A stretch of 64,000 bases of DNA from Poseidonia sp. (GTDB lineage: Archaea > Thermoplasmatota > Poseidoniia > Poseidoniales > Poseidoniaceae): the NCBI GenBank assembly GCA_965661285.1, contig CBFIDD010000002.1, positions 316,515-380,514 on the forward strand, read 5' to 3'. The stretch's first letter is position 1. Each line of letters opens with the position of its first letter. Under the pieces are notes generated by a model that had not been told where the DNA came from, did not search any database, and saw nothing but the letters and a program-made list of their open reading frames with translations. A program made the position numbers and the translations under genes. Below, one piece after another: positions 8,612 through 16,809 of this stretch.

Positions 8612-9799
8612 CTACTTTGCTTTTCGATCTGAATATGAACTCAACCATGCCTCATCAATCATTTCGTTAATCCAATATTTACTTCGTTTTATTATCGTCA
8701 TGAGTTGCCTTCCATGTATTAACTTCAATGGATATCTTAGTTCATGAACCTCTTCTTGTGCTTGTTTTGAGAAAAATGAGGTGGTGACATAAATCCCATA
8801 TTCTCCTCTGTCGAGTCTTGCAACTAAGCGCGATAATTGAACGGGATTAATGTAGTTTGAACTGGCATACCTCTTCACCTCTCCTTTCAATTTAATCTCA
8901 AATCTGAATGGTTCATCAATCATCATTGAACCTATGAAATCAAATCCTCCGTCTCCACTATTCTTGGTTTTTTCTAGATTTTTGAATAAAGTGCCTCCGA
9001 CTTCAAGGAAAAGATCAACGATTATTTGTTCAAAGACATACGGGTTAATTTCATTCAAGCGTTCCAATGCCATCCATTCTGGAGAATTGGTTGGTGGTAA
9101 TTGATCTTCTTTTGTCAAAATTGAATCATTCCAAGCGGTAAGATATGAGTGGGCATTCCTTGATACGTATTCTCTCCAAGCAAGAGGAGATTTGTCCAGT
9201 CGGGAATCAAGTTCCTCATGCTTGCGCCAATTCGTCAACCAATCAATCGCAACCTGTGGGGTATTTAGAATTCGTAAAGTTGCTCTGTAATTCCTAACAG
9301 GTATGTCTCCATCCATGAACCACTCAACGTCTAATTTTTCTAGAATGCACAAACCGTTGAAGCGATTATATCCCGTTCTTTTTGTGAAATGGAGAATGAA
9401 GGAAGGTTGAGTTGAACCGTTGCGGAGGTTTTCATCGAGCGCCTTCAGTACTTTGTTTCCTTTGAAATCATCAAGAGACTTATCTGGGTCTGCAACTGAA
9501 TCGCCCCAGTAATAAATTACACCATTGTGCTGGTCAACAATATCATCCCAAGGTTTAGGAGTATTCGTTTTACCTGAGTGAGTGAACAAAAACACACCGT
9601 CAATTTGCTTCTTTCTTGATGAGTTTGGAGATTTCAATGCTCTAATGCCCCCTGCATTAGTCAACCCGGATTCAGGTAGGTTAACCCAACTCAGAAATTG
9701 GTCTTCCGGATCGTCTTTCCTTTTTGCGTCTCTGTACTCTTTGCCGACCTCAAAGAATTTCCCAGAGCCTGCTGTAATCCAGTTATCTGAACCACTCAT
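8612..9799 (-). CDS. Mrr-catalytic-domain (PD-(D/E)xK) nuclease fusion; candidate modification-dependent (Type IV / MspJI-AspBHI-like) restriction endonuclease with an unassigned N-terminal ~250-aa domain
   Basis: C-terminal 130 aa match the Mrr_cat pattern: FEQIIVDLFLEVGG ... SGDGGFDFIG ... EIKLKGEVKRY ... GIYVTTSFFSKQAQEEV ... LKLIHGRQL (D ... ExK intact). N-terminal domain has no obvious family. Solo gene, no methyltransferase nearby. Low GC. Confidence 0.7.
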   Translation of the reverse strand: MSGSDNWITAGSGKFFEVGKEYRDAKRKDDPEDQFLSWVNLPESGLTNAGGIRALKSPNSSRKKQIDGVFLFTHSGKTNTPKPWDDIVDQHNGVIYYWGDSVADPDKSLDDFKGNKVLKALDENLRNGSTQPSFILHFTKRTGYNRFNGLCILEKLDVEWFMDGDIPVRNYRATLRILNTPQVAIDWLTNWRKHEELDSRLDKSPLAWREYVSRNAHSYLTAWNDSILTKEDQLPPTNSPEWMALERLNEINPYVFEQIIVDLFLEVGGTLFKNLEKTKNSGDGGFDFIGSMMIDEPFRFEIKLKGEVKRYASSNYINPVQLSRLVARLDRGEYGIYVTTSFFSKQAQEEVHELRYPLKLIHGRQLMTIIKRSKYWINEMIDEAWLSSYSDRKAK

Positions 9800-9840
9800 G
9801 AATTCCCCTCAACTGTTGTGGTAATTGAAATTATCACATT

Positions 9841-9925
9841 AATCAGAGGGTCACTCTGATTAGGCCTCAAAGCAGAGGGTACCCACTGCTTACCCATCTG
9901 AGCAAAGGGCGCCCTCTGAAGAATA
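9841..9925. repeat. degenerate third copy / hybrid of the cassette repeat between the nuclease gene and the TetR gene
   Basis: AATCAGAG-GGTCA-CTCTGATT palindrome (9841-9861). TCAAAGCAGAGGG. ACCCACTGCTTACCCATCTGA (cf. ACCCACTGCAAGCCCTCTGAT in the left repeat). GGGCGCCCTCTGAAG. Confidence 0.5.
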
Positions 9926-9935
9926 ATTATCCAAC

Positions 9936-10586
9936 CTAGATCCAACCCTTAAGAATCGTGTGTATACCCGCTTTTAGTTCAACACTCATATCGAGGTTAA
10001 GAAACGTTAAGTCTGGGTGTTTAAGGGCAGATTTGGAAGGGCTTGAGGGGTTTGCCAGAGGATAAAGTCCCAAGGCGAAAGCCAACATCTGTCCAAATGC
10101 TTGAAGGGCATCTTCTAGTCTGGTAAAATGCCCGTTTCTCATTAATGCCTCTGCACCTCTCTGCATGAGTGAGAGTAGATTCAACTTATGTTCAATTAGC
10201 ACTTCAACTGAAACCTCTCGTTCATACAATGCTGGAGTAAGTGAAAAAAGAGAAAGAAAGCGATATTCCTTGAGAAAGATTTTGGTGATGGCACTCGCAA
10301 ACATATCTAAATCGCTTAATTCAAGTTTGGAATCTTCCTCTAATCCGAGAACTACGTCCTCAAAATCGCATAGATGAACATGAAGAAGCAACGATTGGAT
10401 GTTCTCAAAATATCTGTAAATACCGCTCGGTGAAATTCCAACCGAGCTGGCAAGCGGACGCATTCGAAGATCCAGCGGGTCAGTTGTTTTGAGAAGCGTG
10501 CGGACGGCTTCAACAATCGCTCTTTTTCTGACTTCACGATGCTCAGTTGAACGAGCGCGTTGGAAGGGAATCTCTGGGCCAGTCAT
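9936..10586 (-). CDS. TetR/AcrR-family transcriptional regulator
   Basis: N-terminal HTH (RKRAIVEAVRTLLKTTDPLDLRMRPLASSVGISPSGIYRYFENIQSLL). 216 aa. Divergent from an SDR gene. Confidence 0.8.
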   Translation of the reverse strand: MTGPEIPFQRARSTEHREVRKRAIVEAVRTLLKTTDPLDLRMRPLASSVGISPSGIYRYFENIQSLLLHVHLCDFEDVVLGLEEDSKLELSDLDMFASAITKIFLKEYRFLSLFSLTPALYEREVSVEVLIEHKLNLLSLMQRGAEALMRNGHFTRLEDALQAFGQMLAFALGLYPLANPSSPSKSALKHPDLTFLNLDMSVELKAGIHTILKGWI

Positions 10587-10625
10587 GTGAATAACCCCTG
10601 CTCTGGGTGGAGGACACTTGAACTT

Positions 10626-10654
10626 AACGGAACACTGTTTCGTTAAATATATAT
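10626..10654. promoter_or_regulatory. candidate TetR operator palindrome plus TATA-like box in the TetR/SDR divergent intergenic region
   Basis: AACGGAACAcTGTTTCGTT (10626-10644, one mismatch from a perfect palindrome) is immediately followed by TTAAATATATAT. The TATA overlaps the first ATG of the SDR ORF, so the SDR more likely starts at the Met at 10677. Confidence 0.35.
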
Positions 10655-11660
10655 GGAGGATTTGGTTCGGCGAATCATGCCTCGTTCTCTCCGAATTGAC
10701 CCAAGCCTTCGTAACATCGACCTCTCCGGAAAAAGATACGTCATCACCGGTGGCTCAAGCGGCTCAGGACAAGCCACGGTTGAATTCCTTGCAAAGCAGG
10801 GTGCCGAGGTGATCACCACGGGACGAGATCTGGCTCGTGGGCGTCAAAATTTTGAATCCCTACCGCTCGCTGTCCAGGGACGAATCACACTCCTTCATCT
10901 TGATTTAGAAAACATGGAAAGTGTCGAAAAGTTTGCAGCTGAGGTAAACAAAAAGTGGCAGTCGTTTGATGCATTGGTCAACAATGCGGGAGGTGCCCTC
11001 ACGAAAAACGGCACTTTCGAGCTAAACAGAAAAACATACGACAAACAATTTGTCGGCAACCATATAGGGGTATTCCACCTCAGTAACTTACTTCTTCCCG
11101 GGCTTGAAGCCAATGATGGGGCTCGACTCATCAACGTCTCATCCGTCATGCACGACCAGGCGAAAGGTTTGCAGTCGACTCAGGCTCAGATACATTGGGA
11201 TGACATCCATGCCCGCAAGCGCAAGTTCGATGGGTTTGACCAGTATGCTCAATCAAAACTCGCCAACCTCCTTCACGCAAAATCGCTGGCAAGGAAGTAC
11301 GATAAAGACAACATTGCTGTTTTCCCCGTTCACCCAGGGACGATCAGCAAAGGCAGTCGTTTCGGCCGTTCGATGGGACCACTAATGCGCGCAATGATGG
11401 TCCCTCTTAGCATCCTGATGGGACCTATCATGCGCCCCATCACGAAGGAAGACGGCGCTCAGACCACCCTCCACTGCCTGCTTTCCGAGGAAGCTCTGAA
11501 CCACCACGGAGTGTATCACGCTCAAACCGGACTCAAACACAGCGACGGTGTTCGCGGGGGCTGGCCGTACCGGTCAGCCAATCCGTTGTCTCATGACGAA
11601 GCCGCTCAGGACCAATTGTGGAGCCTGAGTGAGGAACTTGTGGCAGAATTGAAAGCCTGA
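10653..11660 (+). CDS. short-chain dehydrogenase/reductase (SDR), retinol-dehydrogenase-like
   Basis: ITGGSSGSGQATVEFLAKQGAEVITTGRD (Rossmann TGxxxGxG). VNNAGG. 335 aa. Probable true start at 10677 (MPRSLR...). Confidence 0.85.
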   Translation: MEDLVRRIMPRSLRIDPSLRNIDLSGKRYVITGGSSGSGQATVEFLAKQGAEVITTGRDLARGRQNFESLPLAVQGRITLLHLDLENMESVEKFAAEVNKKWQSFDALVNNAGGALTKNGTFELNRKTYDKQFVGNHIGVFHLSNLLLPGLEANDGARLINVSSVMHDQAKGLQSTQAQIHWDDIHARKRKFDGFDQYAQSKLANLLHAKSLARKYDKDNIAVFPVHPGTISKGSRFGRSMGPLMRAMMVPLSILMGPIMRPITKEDGAQTTLHCLLSEEALNHHGVYHAQTGLKHSDGVRGGWPYRSANPLSHDEAAQDQLWSLSEELVAELKA

Positions 11661-11678
11661 TTCAATCCACAATTCGTC

Positions 11679-11751
11679 GAATCATAGGGTCAAAGCACAA
11701 ACTCACTGATTCGTTTTGACCCAATCAGAGGGCTTGCAGTGGGTCGAATCA
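11679..11751. repeat. right ~72-bp inverted repeat bounding the low-GC cassette
   Basis: Reverse complement GATTCGACCCACTGCAAGCCCTCTGATTGGGTCAAAACGAATCAGTGAGTTTGTGCTTTGACCCTATGATTCG aligns base-for-base with 8516-8587. An additional palindrome CATCAGAGGGGCCCCTCTGAG lies at 11779-11799. Confidence 0.75.
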
Positions 11752-11808
11752 CTCGCTACCCTGAGATTTGGCAACCCATCAGAGGGGCCCCTCTGAGTCG
11801 TCGCCGTC

Positions 11809-14619
11809 TCAAGCTTCTGCGGTCTCGCCAACGGTCGTTTCGGCACCGAGTTGGGCCTTCTGCTCGTTGACTTGGCGAGCGAGGAAGGACACGACGTCGA
11901 GGATCTCGATGTCAGCATAGGCTTCGTCGCCCTCGAACTTGAGGCACTCAAAGTGAGAAACACACTTTGGGCAGGAGGTCAACATGGTCTCAGCACCGGT
12001 TGCACGGACTTCTTCCATGCGTGTGACACGCAGGGAGCGGGCGTTCTCGTTGCAGGACATCATGCTCGAAACACCGCAGCACATGGCGTCTTCACCGCTG
12101 TGCTCCATCTCAACAATCTCAACACCATCAACAGCGTTGATGAGGTCGCGAGGCTCGTCGTAAATGCCCATCTGTCGACCGAGGCGGCACGGGTCGTGGT
12201 AGGTGACGGTGGTGTCTTCGGTCTTGAGGTTCATGTCAAAGCCTTGCTCGGTCAGGTATTCCGTGGTGTGCATGACCTTCACGTTTTCAAGTTCGTAATC
12301 ACGGGCAAAGGTTCGGAAACACTCAGCACAGGACGAGACCAAGGTGTCAATGCCAGATTCGTTGATCTTGCGCTGGTTGTACGCCTTGAGCTTCTCAAAG
12401 ACTTCATCCAGACCTTGCCACTTTTGGTCGTGGCCGCAGCACTTCAGGAAGTCACGGCCGAGGTAGGCCACGTCGGTGCCCATCTCCTCAAACAGGGTGA
12501 AGGCAGCCGTGGTTGTATCACCAAGGTTCATCGTGCCTTCGTTGACGTGGGAGAAGACCATCTCCTGGTCAAGGTAGTCAACGCATCCAGGGTAGTATCC
12601 GACGTTGGAGGTGATGGGGTAGTCTTCGGTGGCGATGAAATCGTCATCGGCCGCTTCCTCAGCCTCAGCGTTGAGCACCGCTTGAAGGACGGTGTGCGGA
12701 ATTTCTGCCTGCGGGCCGCCAACGATAAGCGAACGACGGATGTCAACGTAGGAGTCATAGTTGACGAGTTGAGGACAGGCGTTGGTGCATGCGGTACAGG
12801 TCAAACAGGAATACAGCGGGACGCCGTCGTCTTCGTTGTTCCACGAATTGTAAATGATGTTCAGTTTGTCGCCACCGTTGAACAAGCGGACCGGACAGGC
12901 GTCGTCGCACAGGTCGCAGCCGTAGCACTTGTTCATCTCGAACTCGTAGCCACGAGCCATGTAGCGCAACAGCACGAAGACCAGCGCACCGAAGGTGATG
13001 CATGGAATGAACATGGCGTAGGTCAATTTTGCGTCAAGGGACTTGGGGTTTTGGTGGTAAGTAGGGTTCTCGATGTACGAGAACGCCGAACCGCCCAGGG
13101 CCATCTCTTCGCTGTTGGTAAGGTTGACCGTGTGGCCGGCCAATGCTGCAGGAGCGCTCTCATCCCACACGAGCAAGGGCTGGTAGGTTGCGATCCTCAT
13201 CGAGGTTTGCGTCGTGATGCTGTTGTTGAGCGCCAGCGCCCCGCTGACCACGACATCGTAGGTGTAGTCGTAGGTGCCAACGGACATTTCGACGGTTGCA
13301 CCCTCGCAGTTGGCGAAGGAAACCACTTCGCTACCCGTGGCGTCGGTGACGGTCAGCATGGTAGCGACCATGGTTTGGGTTGACACATCGTTGATTTTCC
13401 GTTCGCTGGAGCGGAACTCACACGCAAGGTCGGTGGTCAAGGTGGTGACCTCTTCGGGGTGTCCCTCGGGGAAGAGCGTGGTGTCTTCAGTGATGGTAAA
13501 CGAACCGCTCACGCTGAAGCCATCCCCACCGTTGAACGTGGTTCCAGCCGCCGCTGCGTTGATGCCGTTTTCGGCGTCTTGATGCCCGTTCGCATCGTTG
13601 AAATCCGTGATGATGTAGCGGGCTGGCTGGTAGATGTTCCAGTTCAACCATGCCGTGGTTGGAACCACGCCTGAGTCGGACCACCCGCGGTCGTCGGTGA
13701 ATTCATTCACGTCGTGAACATGAACATCGGAAGGCTGCGTTCGCATGGCCTCCAATTCGCCATAGTCCTTGATGGTCAGCAAACCTTTCGCATCCCAAAA
13801 CCCTTTGTCGTAGGTGTCGAAGGTGGCCACGGTAGCGGCGGACGAGAGGATAAGCGCGCCGACGATGAGTTGGCGACTCTTGGCGACCGTGAACCCTGCA
13901 CCCCAGGCGCGGATGAGCAATCCTCTGCCGATGAAATAAATACATATCCACATCAGGACGCCTGTCATCACCCACGGTATCGCATTGAAGACTTCGGCTA
14001 TCCACGGCTCCCGAGTTCCACAGAGGAGGTCGCCGTGGGAATCGAGTTTACAGAAATCGGACCGATTTTTCCCGTACAATTCCAGGAAGATGTTGATGGA
14101 AAACACCGAGATGAACCAGATGTGCGCAAGATAGACGGCACCGGCAGCTGCGAACCAAGGGTCCTCAACGGGTCGCTTCTCACGGCCACCAAGGAAAGGT
14201 GGCAAAGCGAGAATGCCCACGGGGATGCCGGTCAGCGCAGCGCCCCACCATGCAGCGTTCCAAGGGAACATGGGCTGGCCGACGATATCGCCGACGAAAC
14301 CGGTGGGGACCACAAACTGGGGCAAGTATTCGCCCCAGCGGAGATACCCGTAGGAGAACAACACGTACCAGTCGGGGAACACGAAACCGGCCTGTGCATA
14401 CGGGTCGGCTGCGCCGTGCAGTGGTGGAGGAATCAGCCAGGCATAGAAGAGGAGGATGGAGAGCATCGAGGCGAAAATGATGCTATCACGCAGCACTTCG
14501 TGCGGCCAGAAACCGTGGCCGGTTCGGGTTCGCTTACGCTTTTCCTCTGCTTTTTGCAGTTGCTCTTTCTCCTCCATATACATGGAGGCGACGCGTCCAA
14601 AATTGTCAATCAGTCCCAT
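11809..14619 (-). CDS. fusion protein: cytochrome b C-terminal half (b6f subunit IV / PetD-like) + ~270-aa extracytoplasmic insert + TM + cytoplasmic HdrD/GlpC-like iron-sulfur domain (2x[4Fe-4S] + two CCG domains)
   Basis: 936 aa. N-terminal PDWYVLFSYGYLRW (PEWY-type motif) in multi-TM context. Middle Thr/Ser-rich Cys-free segment. TM LTYAMFIPCITFGALVFVLL. Then CYGCDLCDDACP, CLTCTACTNACP, YYPGC...KCCGHD, YHDPCRLG...MCCGVS, CPKC. Confidence 0.75.
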   Translation of the reverse strand: MGLIDNFGRVASMYMEEKEQLQKAEEKRKRTRTGHGFWPHEVLRDSIIFASMLSILLFYAWLIPPPLHGAADPYAQAGFVFPDWYVLFSYGYLRWGEYLPQFVVPTGFVGDIVGQPMFPWNAAWWGAALTGIPVGILALPPFLGGREKRPVEDPWFAAAGAVYLAHIWFISVFSINIFLELYGKNRSDFCKLDSHGDLLCGTREPWIAEVFNAIPWVMTGVLMWICIYFIGRGLLIRAWGAGFTVAKSRQLIVGALILSSAATVATFDTYDKGFWDAKGLLTIKDYGELEAMRTQPSDVHVHDVNEFTDDRGWSDSGVVPTTAWLNWNIYQPARYIITDFNDANGHQDAENGINAAAAGTTFNGGDGFSVSGSFTITEDTTLFPEGHPEEVTTLTTDLACEFRSSERKINDVSTQTMVATMLTVTDATGSEVVSFANCEGATVEMSVGTYDYTYDVVVSGALALNNSITTQTSMRIATYQPLLVWDESAPAALAGHTVNLTNSEEMALGGSAFSYIENPTYHQNPKSLDAKLTYAMFIPCITFGALVFVLLRYMARGYEFEMNKCYGCDLCDDACPVRLFNGGDKLNIIYNSWNNEDDGVPLYSCLTCTACTNACPQLVNYDSYVDIRRSLIVGGPQAEIPHTVLQAVLNAEAEEAADDDFIATEDYPITSNVGYYPGCVDYLDQEMVFSHVNEGTMNLGDTTTAAFTLFEEMGTDVAYLGRDFLKCCGHDQKWQGLDEVFEKLKAYNQRKINESGIDTLVSSCAECFRTFARDYELENVKVMHTTEYLTEQGFDMNLKTEDTTVTYHDPCRLGRQMGIYDEPRDLINAVDGVEIVEMEHSGEDAMCCGVSSMMSCNENARSLRVTRMEEVRATGAETMLTSCPKCVSHFECLKFEGDEAYADIEILDVVSFLARQVNEQKAQLGAETTVGETAEA

Positions 14620-14634
14620 TTTTTCCCCTCTGTA

Positions 14635-15501
14635 TCAATGCGGCTCCGCAATGCCTTGTACCCAAACGATGAACAGATGTATGATGATGAGCGTGGTGAC
14701 GATCACCGGCAGAATGAACACGTGAATGAAATACATTCGAGTGACCGTCAGCGGTGTGAGTTCAGAGCCCGAGAAGAGCAGGGTGGCGATGTACTTCCCA
14801 ACCAGCGGGCTGGAGTTGGCGAGGTTGATCCCGATGATGGCCGCACCGTAAGCAAGGCTGTCCCACGGCAAGAGATAGCCGGAGTAGCCGAAGACGATGG
14901 TCAAGGCCATGAGGGCCACACCGATGAGCCAGTTCAGTTCACGTGGGTTTCGGTAGGCACCGGTGAAGTAGACACGGCACATGTGCAAGAACACGCTGGC
15001 GACCATGAAGTGGGTCGTCCAGTGGTGGACGGCACGCAGAATGTAGCCAAAGGGCAGTTGCGTCATGATGTACTGCATGCTTGCATAAGCGGGTGATGGG
15101 TCGCCTTCGCCTCCGGGGACGTAGTAAATTCCGAGGACGGTTCCCGTGATCACGAGGATGATGAAGGAGAGGAAGGAGATACCGCCGAGACAGTACAGCG
15201 GGTACCAGTACCAGATGATGCGGAGTTTGTATTTCTCAGCGTGTGTCAACGGCATTTGTCGGTGCATGTTGTAGTAGGCACCTTTGGACATGTTCCAGTA
15301 GTCTTGGAGACGGAAGCGGGTGTCAAGCCAGGAGAAGACCCACAGGAACGACCGTTCCGCCACGCCCATCTTGCCGGACGACTCGACCGCTCGCAGGATG
15401 TCTCTGCGAGGCATTTCCTCGTTTTCCTTGCGCAGCGTGAAGGCCACCAAGAGCACGAGGAAGGCGATGAAGAACCACAGAATCCAGAACATTGTCGTCA
15501 T
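14635..15501 (-). CDS. petB: cytochrome b (N-terminal, b6-like heme-binding half) of a bc/b6f-type complex
   Basis: 288 aa. 4 TM with conserved His pairs (RAVHHWTTHFMVASVFLHMCRVYFTGAY ... His in later helices). Confidence 0.85.
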   Translation of the reverse strand: MTTMFWILWFFIAFLVLLVAFTLRKENEEMPRRDILRAVESSGKMGVAERSFLWVFSWLDTRFRLQDYWNMSKGAYYNMHRQMPLTHAEKYKLRIIWYWYPLYCLGGISFLSFIILVITGTVLGIYYVPGGEGDPSPAYASMQYIMTQLPFGYILRAVHHWTTHFMVASVFLHMCRVYFTGAYRNPRELNWLIGVALMALTIVFGYSGYLLPWDSLAYGAAIIGINLANSSPLVGKYIATLLFSGSELTPLTVTRMYFIHVFILPVIVTTLIIIHLFIVWVQGIAEPH

Positions 15502-15510
15502 GTCAACACC

Positions 15511-16356
15511 TCAATCACAATACGTGTACCAGTCCACGTAGTCAGGCAGGCCTTCGATGACGCCGCCGTTGAGCTGAATCGGAATGATGGGAAGACCCAC
15601 AGGGGCAGGACCGCCCGCTCGGCGAATACCAGCATAGTTGAAGGTGGCACCGTTCGAACGGTTACGATTGGTGTTCATCTCCAAGGCCGTTGGGTCAAAG
15701 CGAGAGGAGTGGCAGATGCAGAACATCTTGGTGCCACCGTCGTCGCCGCCACCGGGCGTCCACGAGTCTTCGGTGAAGGAATTCGAGACGAGTTGCCATC
15801 CGGGGATACAACACAGGTGTGTGCAGCGACCGAAGGCCATCACGAGGTCGTCTGAAGGCATTAAACGAGGGTCGGCTTCAGCGAGGTCTTCGAAGTGACC
15901 GACGTATTTGCCAGTCTCGTCGTAGCCTTCCATGAACTGGAACCGAGCCTTACCGTTGGATTCGGGCGTGCCGGCATACTTGGAGTGAGCGACATAGTTC
16001 ACAACGACGGGCACGCCGTTCCATACGCCCGCTGCACCGGCCGTGCCGGTCGAGGAGGAGGCAGCCTCGGCTTCAAAGTCCGCTTTGGTCATGGGCTGCA
16101 GGTGTTTGGCGCCGTACCATGCTTCATCTTCGCGGCCCTTGGCCCAAAATTGGACGGCCAAGTCGCCACCGCTGCCTCCGCCAGGTGGCAGAAGAATAGC
16201 AGCAAATCCGAGCATGCCAAGCGAAGCGGTGAGCACGCCCGCTGCGGTGTTGAAACCGTAGCGAAGGAACTGGCGTCGATTGATGGTGGTGGTGGAACCG
16301 CCCAGAGCATCGTCGCCGCTGGAAGGTGCAGGTTTGAGTTCGTATTCACGTGCCAT
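15511..16356 (-). CDS. petA: Rieske [2Fe-2S] iron-sulfur protein with twin-arginine (Tat) signal
   Basis: RRQFLRYGFNTAAGVL Tat motif. Rieske boxes CTHLCC ... CICHSSRF. Confidence 0.85.
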   Translation of the reverse strand: MAREYELKPAPSSGDDALGGSTTTINRRQFLRYGFNTAAGVLTASLGMLGFAAILLPPGGGSGGDLAVQFWAKGREDEAWYGAKHLQPMTKADFEAEAASSSTGTAGAAGVWNGVPVVVNYVAHSKYAGTPESNGKARFQFMEGYDETGKYVGHFEDLAEADPRLMPSDDLVMAFGRCTHLCCIPGWQLVSNSFTEDSWTPGGGDDGGTKMFCICHSSRFDPTALEMNTNRNRSNGATFNYAGIRRAGGPAPVGLPIIPIQLNGGVIEGLPDYVDWYTYCD

Positions 16357-16362
16357 GCTGCA

Positions 16363-16809
16363 TCACCACTTGTACTCCCGCCAGTCTTTCTGGTGTTCTG
16401 GAATGAATTTGTTTTGAGCGTGCTTGACGATGATGGTGTCGGGAAGGATGAACTTCAGGTAGATGATGCCGATCATGATGAGCGTGGTCATGGTCATGGC
16501 GAGGTGGAAGGAGAGTTGTTGTTGGTCCCATCCCTTTGCAAGCCCGTAAATCATGGAGAAACTCCAGTAGCAGATCCAAAACAGGCCCCAGCCGAGGAAG
16601 AACATCGTGAGGTAGGATGCGCCGGAAGGTGCAAGCGAAGCGCTCACAATGGTGCCCGGCTCAGCGATGTTGAACACACCGTGGTCGATGGCACTCGCCA
16701 TCTCGTCTTCGGTCAATTCTGTACCCTCGAGCGCCTTGCGGGCGTCGTCAACGTTGATGCTGCCGTCAGCAACACCTCGAAGCAGGGTCGTGATTGTATC
16801 GTCCATCAT
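16363..16809 (-). CDS. small membrane protein in the bc operon
   Basis: 148 aa. Acidic N-terminal segment then 2-3 hydrophobic helices. Overlaps the upstream gene by 4 nt. Confidence 0.35.
   Translation of the reverse strand: MMDDTITTLLRGVADGSINVDDARKALEGTELTEDEMASAIDHGVFNIAEPGTIVSASLAPSGASYLTMFFLGWGLFWICYWSFSMIYGLAKGWDQQQLSFHLAMTMTTLIMIGIIYLKFILPDTIIVKHAQNKFIPEHQKDWREYKW

Larger units (their letters stand above)
8588..11678. mobile_element. ~3.1 kb low-GC cassette/island bounded by inverted repeats, no transposase or integrase inside (MITE-like or mobile-insertion-cassette-like)
   Basis: Visibly AT-richer than the flanks (eyeball estimate low-to-mid 40s % GC vs ~60%). Bounded by the 72-bp inverted repeats with a degenerate third repeat copy at 9841-9925. 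Carries an Mrr-like nuclease, a TetR and an SDR. Confidence 0.45.

Noticed and set aside
8516-11751. Possibility that the three related repeats form a CRISPR array
   Set aside because: Only three copies, in mixed orientation, separated by 1.2-1.8 kb of protein-coding DNA rather than 30-40 bp spacers. No cas genes nearby.
11851-15096. Long ORFs (510 aa and 460 aa) on the plus strand opposite the PetD-HdrD and cytochrome b genes
   Set aside because: Antisense shadow ORFs typical of GC-rich DNA. Their translations are low-complexity (Gly/Val/Arg/His-rich) with no motifs, while the minus-strand frames carry clear cytochrome b, Rieske and CCG-domain signatures.
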